From Chrysomallon squamiferum (lineage: Eukaryota; Animalia; Mollusca): a stretch of 64,000 bases of DNA. Positions 54,411-64,000 of the stretch are shown in pieces. The translations under genes were made by a program, and so were the position numbers. Location of the stretch: contig CM022665.1 of NCBI GenBank assembly GCA_012295275.1, forward strand, positions 31,124,001 through 31,188,000, in the 5' to 3' direction. The stretch's first letter is position 1, and each line of letters starts with the position of its first letter. Under the pieces are notes generated by a model. It was not told where the DNA came from and ran no database searches. It saw only the letters and a list, made by a program, of their open reading frames with translations.

Positions 54411-55132
54411 CCCACCCATGGAACCCCGACATGAGCGCATTCATCCTGCAACCGTTACCAGAAATCACGGTGCATCCATTGTACAGAAATGTCATGTTTA
54501 CAGAAATCTGAATCACACACGTAAACTCTGGCTCTTACTTGTTGTTAGTAGTATGTGCTGAATAGAGATGTGCTGAATATTAGTACTATTAGTAAATTAT
54601 GTTTAATAAATATCAGTCTGTTGAAAGAAATAGTGATTATAGTCCTATAGCTAATGTTGGAAAGCCACTATTTACATGAAATACTAAGAATGAATAATAT
54701 GAATAAAGTTTGAAACTATTTTCATAACCATATAATGACAATCAAAGAGATATCTGTCACTGTATCACTATTTCTTTCACCATAGATTAGTAATAAAACA
54801 AGTGAAAGGGGAAACAAATATCTATGATGACCTGGCTGCTCCACAGGAACAGTGATTTCATCCCAGAACAGTTTCTGATCATTCACTGCTCCTGCTTAGA
54901 CCATCACAGAGTAGGAAAATGTGATATTAGTCAAAATTTAAAAAAAAAGGTAATAAAAAAGATTTTTAAAAATAAGGAAATATATGTTATTATGCAAGTT
55001 TAATATCAAATGTTTGTAAAAACATTTAAATCTCTGATTGTCTGTCTGCCCTACAGGAAAAATTACTTCATTCCAGTATCAACTGGTCACTCATTATTCC
55101 TGCCCAGACTATCAAAGATGCAAAATGTTTAA

Positions 55133-55180
<48 letters not shown>

Positions 55181-55289
55181 AACAACAACTATGTTATAAT
55201 TCTATTAATTCCAATTATTTATTTTGAACATCAGAAGTTAATATCATATTAATGTATTAAACATTCATAAAGAAAAAAACATGCTCATA

Positions 55290-56130
55290 ATAGACCACAC
55301 ACACACACATATATACAAATATTGGCATAGGTATTAGTAACACATACATGCACACTGACACATATTTTAATAAAAGCACATAAACACACATTAGCAATTA
55401 CACACTGACAAACATTAATACACAAACACTGCTACATATGAATACAAAAACACTATCACACATTTTATATACACACCAAGAGCAGAAATATTAGTCAACA
55501 CATTCACTGACGTACATGTTAATATCACACACACTGAAAAACATATCAGTACACACACTCATATTAGTCACATACATTAATACACATACACACGACATAC
55601 ATTAAAACACACTCACAGTAGAACATACACATTAATATACATACACAAACTGACATACATTAGAACATAAACACACATTAATACACATACACACACTAAT
55701 ACACATTAATACATATACACTGACACACATTAATAAATACACACTGACACACATTAATACATACACAGACTGACACACATTAATACACATACACACGACA
55801 TACATTAAAACACACTCACAGTAGAACATACACATTAATATACATACACAAACTGACATACATTAGAACATAAACACACATTAATACACATACACACACA
55901 CTAATACACATTAATACATATACACTGACACACATTAATAAATACACACTGACACACATTAACACACATTAATACATACACAGACTGACACACATTAATA
56001 CACATACACATGACACACATTAATACATACACACTGACATACATTAATACAGATACACACACAATGACACACATTATTTCACACACACAAACACACTGAC
56101 ATACATATTAGTAATCATACACAAATAACA
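55290..56130. repeat. CA-rich minisatellite (ACACATTAATACATACACACTGAC-like) with a ~220-bp internal duplication
   Basis: CACGACATACATTAAAACAC..ACTCACAGTAGAACATACACATTAATATAC occurs at ~55590 and ~55795. Confidence 0.85.
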
Positions 56131-56244
56131 ACCAGACTGACATGCTGATATCAGAGTTGTCTGAACCATGACATATATCTACAAAGGGTGCATCAATGAG
56201 ATCAGGGAACACAGCAGTCCTGCATCAAAGTTCCAGGAGCAGAA

Positions 56245-56595
56245 GTGCACAGCCACAGGACTGTATTATGATGACTTGTGGGGTGGGTCCTTCAGTGACA
56301 AGGACGTCTGGGTGATGATACTGGTGATGTGACATCTGCTCACCTGATGGGACCTCCCACCCAGTGTTCTTGGCCTGGGAATGTTGGTTGAAGTATTACA
56401 TGGAGAATATCTGATCATGAATGCTCAAAGATGATTGAGAATGTCATTAAATTACACTGCTGAGTTCCAGTGATAAACAGATGGAGTGATGTGGTGTGTG
56501 AAGTGAATGGGGGGGAACAAAAAAAGAAAGTATTAAGATGAAAAAAAGAAGAAAACAAAATAGTTATGCCTCACTGTGTGATTAACTGGTTCTAG
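56245..56595. repeat. GC-richer repeat copy 2 (inverted homolog of 54030-54410)
   Basis: Aligns with copy 1 and abuts the start of the 60-bp array. Confidence 0.8.
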
Positions 56596-59500
56596 TGTTT
56601 TAACACTAGAACAGCAGATATGTAGTCAATGTCTGACAACAGTAAATATGGGTATCCCTAGTATTTTACCACTACAACAACAGCAGACATGTAGTGTGTG
56701 TCTGACAACAACAATAAATATGGGTATCCCTAGTGTTTTACCACTACAACAACAAGAGACATGTAGTCAATGTCTGATAACAATGAATATGGGTATCCCT
56801 AGTGTTTTACCACTACAACAACAGCAGACATGTTGTCAATGTCTGACAACAATAAATATGGGTATCCCTAGTGTTTTACCACTACAACAACAGACATGTA
56901 TTCAATGTCTGACAACAATAAATATGGGTATCCCTAGTATTTTACCACTACAACAACAGCAGATATGTAGTGTGTGTCTGACAACAACAATAAATATGGG
57001 TATCCCTAGTGTTTTACCACTACAACAACAGCAGACATGTTGTCAATGTCTGACAACAATAAATATGGGTATCCCTAGTGTTTTACCACTACAACAACAA
57101 CAGACATGTAGTCAATGTCTGATAACAATAAATATGGGTATCCCTAGTGTTTTACCACTACAACAACAGCAGACATGTTGTCAATGTCTGACAACAATAA
57201 ATATGGGTATCCCTAGTGTTTTACCACTACAACAACAGCAGACATGTAGTCAATGTCTGACAATAAATATTGGTATCACTAGTGTTTTACCACTACAACA
57301 ACAGCAGATATGTAGTCTGTGTCTGACAACAACAATAAATATGGGTATCCCTAGTGTTACCACTACAACAACAGGAGACACGTAGTCAGTGTCTGACAAC
57401 AATAAATATGGGTATCCCTAGTGTTTTACCACTACAACAACAGCAGACATGTTGTCAATGTCTGACAACAATAAATATGGGTATCCCTAGTGTTACCACT
57501 ACAACAACAGCAGACACGTAGTCAGTGTCTGACAACAACAATAAATATGGGTATCCCTAGTGTTTTACCACTACAACAACAGCAGACATGTAGTCGATGT
57601 CTGACAACAATAAATATGGGTATCCCTAGTGTTTTACCACTACAACAACAGCAGACATGTAGTCAATGTCTGACAACAATAAATATGGGTATCCCTAGTG
57701 TTTTACCACTACAACAACAGCAGACATGTAGATGATGTCTGACAACAATAAATATGGGTATCCCTAGTGTTTTACCACTACAACAACAGCAGATATGTAG
57801 TCTGTGTCTGACAACAACAATAAATATGGGTATCTCTAGTGTTACCACTACAACAACAGCAGACACGTAGTCAGTGTCTGACAACAACAATAAATATGGG
57901 TATCCCTAGTGTTTTACCACTACAACAACAGCAGACATGTTGTCAATGTCTGACAACAATAAATATGGGTATCTCTAGTGTTTTACCACTATAACAACGG
58001 CAGACATGTAGTCGATGTCTGACAACAATAAATATGGGTATCTCTAGTGTTACCACTACAACAACAGCAGACACGTAGTCAGTGTCTGACAACAACAATA
58101 AATATGGGTATCCCTAGTGTTTTACCACTATAACAACGGCAGACATGTAGTCAATGTCTGATAACAATAAATATGGGTATCACTAGTGTTTTACCACTAC
58201 AACAACAGCAGACATGTAGTCACTGTCTGACAACAATAAATATGGATATCCCTAGTGTTTTACCACTACAACAACGGCAGACACGTAGATGATGTCTGAC
58301 AACAATAAATATGGGTATCCCTAGTGTTTTACTACTACAACAACAGCAGACATGTAGTCAATGTCTGATAACAATAAATATGGGTATCACTAGTGCTTTA
58401 CCACTACAACAACAGCAGACATGTAGTCAATGTCTGACAACAATAAATATGGATATCCCTAGTGTTTTACCACTACAACAACAGCAGACATGTTGTCAAT
58501 GTCTGACAACAACAATAAATATGGGTATCCCTAGTGTTTTACCACTACAACAACAGCAGACATGTAGTCGATGTCTGACAACAATAAATATGGGTATCCC
58601 TAGTGTTTTACCACTACAACAACAGACATGTATTCAATGTCTGACAACAATAAATATGGGTATCCCTAGTATTTTACCACTACAACAACAGCAGATATGT
58701 AGTGTGTGTCTGACAACAACAATAAATATGGGTATCCCTAGTGTTTTACCACTACAACAACAGCAGACATGTTGTCAATGTCTGACAACAATAAATATGG
58801 GTATCCCTAGTGTTTTACCACTACAACAACAACAGACATGTAGTCAATGTCTGATAACAATAAATATGGGTATCCCTAGTGTTTTACCACTACAACAACA
58901 GCAGACATGTTGTCAATGTCTGACAACAATAAATATGGGTATCCCTAGTGTTTTACCACTACAACAACAGCAGACATGTAGTCAATGTCTGACAATAAAT
59001 ATTGGTATCACTAGTGTTTTACCACTACAACAACAGCAGATATGTAGTCTGTGTCTGACAACAACAATAAATATGGGTATCCCTAGTGTTACCACTACAA
59101 CAACAGGAGACACGTAGTCAGTGTCTGACAACAATAAATATGGGTATCCCTAGTGTTTTACCACTACAACAACAGCAGACATGTTGTCAATGTCTGACAA
59201 CAATAAATATGGGTATCCCTAGTGTTACCACTACAACAACAGCAGACACGTAGTCAGTGTCTGACAACAACAATAAATATGGGTATCCCTAGTGTTTTAC
59301 CACTATAACAACGGCAGACATGTAGTCGATGTCTGACAACAATAAATATGGGTATCACTAGTGTTTTACCACTACAACAACAGCAGACATGTAGTCAATG
59401 TCTGACAACAATAAATATGGATATCCCTAGTGTTTTACCACTACAACAACGGCAGACACGTAGATGATGTCTGACAACAATAAATATGGGTATCCCTAGT

Positions 59501-60445
59501 GTTTTACCACTACAACAACAGCAGATATGTAGTCTGTGTCTGACAACAACAATAAATATGGGTATCTCTAGTGTTACCACTACAACAACAGCAGACACGT
59601 AGTCAGTGTCTGACAACAACAATAAATATGGGTATCCCTAGTGTTTTACCACTACAACAACAGCAGACATGTTGTCAATGTCTGACAACAATAAATATGG
59701 GTATCTCTAGTGTTTTACCACTATAACAACGGCAGACATGTAGTCGATGTCTGACAACAATAAATATGGGTATCTCTAGTGTTACCACTACAACAACAGC
59801 AGACACGTAGTCAGTGTCTGACAACAACAATAAATATGGGTATCCCTAGTGTTTTACCACTATAACAACGGCAGACATGTAGTCAATGTCTGATAACAAT
59901 AAATATGGGTATCACTAGTGTTTTACCACTACAACAACAGCAGACATGTAGTCACTGTCTGACAACAATAAATATGGATATCCCTAGTGTTTTACCACTA
60001 CAACAACGGCAGACACGTAGATGATGTCTGACAACAATAAATATGGGTATCCCTAGTGTTTTACTACTACAACAACAGCAGACATGTAGTCAATGTCTGA
60101 TAACAATAAATATGGGTATCACTAGTGCTTTACCACTACAACAACAGCAGACATGTAGTCAATGTCTGACAACAATAAATATGGATATCCCTAGTGTTTT
60201 ACCACTACAACAACAGCAGACATGTTGTCAATGTCTGACAACAACAATAAATATGGGTATCCCTAGTGTTTTACCACTACAACAACAGCAGACATGTAGT
60301 CGATGTCTGACAACAATAAATATGGTTATCGCTAGTGTTTTACCACTACAACAACAGCAGAAATGTAGTCAACGTCTGATAACAATAAATATGGGTATCC
60401 CTAGTATGTTACCACTACAACAACAGCACACATTGTCTAACAATG
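56592..60445. repeat. 60-bp minisatellite array, right arm, with a 1732-bp higher-order duplication
   Basis: Reverse complement of the left-arm unit. ORF pairs 57663/59395, 58311/60043 and ORF ends 57385/59117 are all offset by 1732. Confidence 0.97.
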
Positions 60446-60469
60446 TTCTGGGCATCACTAGTGCAGAGT

Positions 60470-61180
60470 ATCAGGTTGTTGTTCATTCGGTTGACTTGGT
60501 TATCTGTCATGCCTGCAAAATTTCATAAATTGCAAACATGATGGATTCTTGTTGAGAATTATTCATTTTCTTCAACAATTCTCCAAAGCGACAAAAATTC
60601 TTTGGAAAGATCATTGAGAACTTGGCCCCAAATTAAAAGAAACCCAAGTTGAAGAATACATGCAAAACATGCACTCTATGACTTATATGAGTTTATTGTA
60701 ATAACCCTGAATGAGATATACGAAGCTTCATCTAATGAAATTCCATGTATCCAAACAAGCCATTGTGGAAGTGGGATTCTTCAACAAAGGCTGAAGTAAA
60801 TGGCCTCCAATACATCTGGGTAGACTTACGGAAGTTTACTTTGGATTCCTGAAAATTAAACTTGATAATAGTATGGAAACTGGAAAAGTTCTGTATTAGA
60901 TGCCTATTCCATCAGCATTTAAGAGCACACTTTTGAGACAGAAGAATTATTGCAAGTGACGAGAGAGCTTCTGAAGTTTCTTACTGTACAGAGGCAGAGA
61001 GCTCTTTTGCCTGCCTCAGACAAATACACACATGGCTTCATACTACCATGACTACAGATAGACTAGCTGATCTGGCTGTTATTGCAATGCATGGATTTTC
61101 TAGTACAGTGAGCACAAAGCAGATTTTTACAGTTTTGTGGCTTTGCACCACGTCACATGCAGTCCTTTCTGCCTGACTAA
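60470..61180 (+). pseudogene. Degenerate, internally deleted hAT transposase (THAP12/PRKRIR-ZMYM1-like)
   Basis: Reads HSVDLVICHACKIS*IANMMDSC*ELFIFFNNSPKRQKFF...KLKNTCKT, then LYDLYEFIVITLNEI, then WKWDSSTKAEVNGL, then the hAT dimerization-like TEAESSFACLRQIHTWLHTTMTTDRLADLAVIAMH. Multiple stops and frameshifts. Confidence 0.88.
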
Positions 61181-64000
61181 TTAATGAAACTCCTGCACTT
61201 ACTATTCTCATTTAGTCTTCTTTTATTACTTTTGCCAGATAAATCACATTCACATACTGACCAATGTTTTACAGTGATTAAACTGGATATTCCCCATGTT
61301 TGGCTAGAAATTCTGAAGCCTAGTAAGTTTCTCTTATATCAAATATTTTATTACTTTAATCAAGTGGATATTATAATCTTTATGATTAAAAAATATTCTC
61401 CAAATTTGCTAAACAAACATGAAGATATCTGAATTATTCTACAAATCTGCTATACAAAGATATCAGAATTATTATGTAAACATGCCAGACAAATATTCTA
61501 CAAATGTGCCAGACAAAAATGAAGATGCCCTCATTTCTTCTAGAAATCTGCCATGTAAACATGAAGTTTCTGAATACTGTTAAATTTTTTTTAAATATTT
61601 ATTATTATTTTAATTTATTTTTCTCCGTGAGCTACTCTTAAAATTTAACAGCAAATAATATTTTATCCCTGTAAAACACATCACATATTGTTATATAAAG
61701 CTGATATAGCAGAGTGTATTGGCCCAATGAAAAAAAACAACTTTTGCATAAAAAGGGATATTCATCTTCGACCTATCACATTTCATGTTGTACTCGAGTC
61801 AGTAAACATGTCTAAAAGCAAATAGTTAACTAATAATAAACACAACCCTGTTGTAATTCAGTGTATAGTACATGTTAAAACTGTGACCATTTATCAGCAA
61901 ATATAATAACTGAAAAACATATGAGGATCTTTACAAGAAAAACATTCCTGAAGATTTAGGTCAGTCAGATAAAAATGATATGGGAATTAAATACAAATCA
62001 TTCCTATGCAAGACCCCTCAAAAATATTAAACCTTGTAATAGAGGTTCCTAAATGTCAAATAACTGACTAGCCACTGGCTATCATCCAGGGCAAGGAACT
62101 CTTAGATCAGTGTGCATTCTGACACACTAACTTATCAGAAAAACAGTGTGAGCATACACAAAGAACAGACAAGTGATATATAGTTACAATTAAAAGAGAA
62201 TATTTGTTTTAAATAAAAAAAATCTTAATAATATCCATTTGTGTTTTTGCGGTTAAAACAACATTTATGACAAATATGTGAACTTTTAATACTGTAATTA
62301 ACAAATGTTACATGTAAGACAATTGCTATGAAGTCCATTATTTTAAAATTAATATTAATTCTGTGTTTGCGTTTCTGTAAATTGGGAGTTCTTATTATTA
62401 ATATACCACTATACTTGCTACATTTGTTACATATGTAGTCCAAAAACTAAATAAATACAATGCTTGTTTAATTAGTAATAGTTGTTAACTGATCTGCTAG
62501 GACATTTTACTGTAATCAGAACAGCAAAAATCATGACCTTTGATTAATATCAACTGAACAGTTGTACTTGAGTAAAACAAACAGTGGTTTTTAAAAAAGC
62601 ATTAACTGTTTAAAAGAGACTTGCAGAGATTTACAAATTAACTTTTAGTAACTTGTCAGCTGTACATTAACTTTCAGTCTTCCTTCAGATCAATAATAAT
62701 TATTATATTGTAGTAAAATTAAGCAAAATGAAAACCCACTTGAAAAAATATTCTTGTGACTGGTGGATTGGTGAAAAAATTTAACTTTATGTATGATAAA
62801 CTGAATACATTATGTCCCCCCCCCAAAAAAAAAATACAAAAAAAAATAATGAAAAAGATAAAATAGGATCAATATTTTTAGGATTTCCAGAGATTAAAAA
62901 CCATGAATAGAATTAAAAACATGATTCTACATATTCATCTAAGGAAATTCAAGTGTGATTCTGAGGTCTCAAAAGAATATTAAACAAGAAGTAAACCTGC
63001 TATATCATAACTAATGTGACAATACTAATATTATAAATTTACTGGTCTAACAAAAAATACAGAAATGTATCAGTGAATCTCAAGTCACAAGTTTTGATAA
63101 TGTCTTTTTTCTTCTACATTTCATTTCTTGCATTCTCTGCCTAAATGCATTCTTTTTTGTTGATGGCTTTCAAATGACTGTCTTCAATCCACAAAATAAC
63201 TAGCAAAAGAAAAATATTCTTATTGTAAGTATAACTGATCATTAAGAAATCACAACAAATAATTCTAAAATTAAAATATAAATAAAGTAAAAGCATTTTC
63301 TCCATCTTCTCGAAAATATATTATAAAAATATTAATTGTATCGTACAAATCCTTTTTTGAATATTACTGACGTCATTCAATTTATTATATTTTATAATAT
63401 CATAGTTCAGCTTGAAAAAAATATGTTGGATTTTAATATAATGAAAAATAGAAATCATATGTTGTTACGTGACTTACTCACAACAGACCGTGCAGTGTTA
63501 AAACTGCATTTCCAGAAGTTTTCATTAGTCATTTCTTCATTTTGCAGCTCAGATGTTTTTTTTTATTTCTGCATTAAGGCTAAAAACATAAATAAATCAA
63601 TTAGTTATAAAATGTCCATTTGAAGTAAATAAATACACCTTGAAATGTTTTCAGCTATACAAAGTTATACAGCACACCACTAAGTCCAAAACTAGATTAT
63701 AATTACACTATAACAATATTTAGGATGATGAACTGATATTTTAGGACACAGTATCATTCACTAGTCAATTTTTCTAAACTAAGTAATTACTTAGTTTAAA
63801 CAAAAATTCTGAAAAACTGAAAATAAAATATCAAAATAGAAAATGGCCAATTATTTGAAATTTAGACAATATTTCCAAATTAAAAACTGCTGTCCAAATT
63901 GTAAAAAACAGGCACAGTGAAAACGGTCACCAGTTTGAAGTACTAACTTTCGCTACAATATATATTTTTTTATTTTTAATTTCGAAAATTTTGTTTAGCT

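Larger units (their letters stand above)
56592..63904. repeat. Right arm of the ~7 kb inverted duplication
   Basis: Reverse complement of 14247-21254. Homology stops at ...TGTCCAAATTGTAA (63904). Confidence 0.95.

Noticed and set aside
54824-54878. ATGATGA...CTGA possible snoRNA
   Set aside because: It is only ~55 nt, has no terminal stem, and the boxes are not kept in the paralogous copy at 55031-55128.
56648-60528. ORFs of repeated MGIPSVLPLQQQQTCSQCLTTIN (and mirror ORFs at 17693-20757)
   Set aside because: These are translations of the 60-bp unit. They are broken by scattered stops and 2-bp deletions, and the 3-nt indels are simple CAA slippage.

Overview
This is an AT-rich eukaryotic window, metazoan and invertebrate-like by inference from its repeat content. 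I see no convincing intact protein-coding gene; almost all listed ORFs are by-products of repeats. (1) 1-14.2 kb holds TE relics (a Tc1/mariner left end, the 3' end of an RNase H LINE, a hAT-type MITE with an 8-bp TSD, a small foldback) and CA/TG-rich repeats. (2) Two ~7 kb inverted arms (14247-21254 and ~56592-63904) each carry a dead hAT transposase and an inward-facing 60-bp hairpin-rich minisatellite; a 200-N gap follows the left arm. (3) Between the arms is a ~29.5 kb tandem array (21455-~50950) of ~400-bp monomers. Each monomer has a branch point, pyrimidine tract and AG, then a GC-richer 72/84/223-nt exon-like cassette with a hairpin, then a GT. There are about 56 cassettes, arranged first as ~800-bp dimers and then as ~1.7-kb higher-order units. 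Spliced in order they give no long ORF, but a chain of 35-55 aa ORFs, each starting at an ATG directly after a stop at the cassette end. This array is the best candidate for an undescribed system. Expression is unproven, and the gap makes the inverted architecture uncertain.
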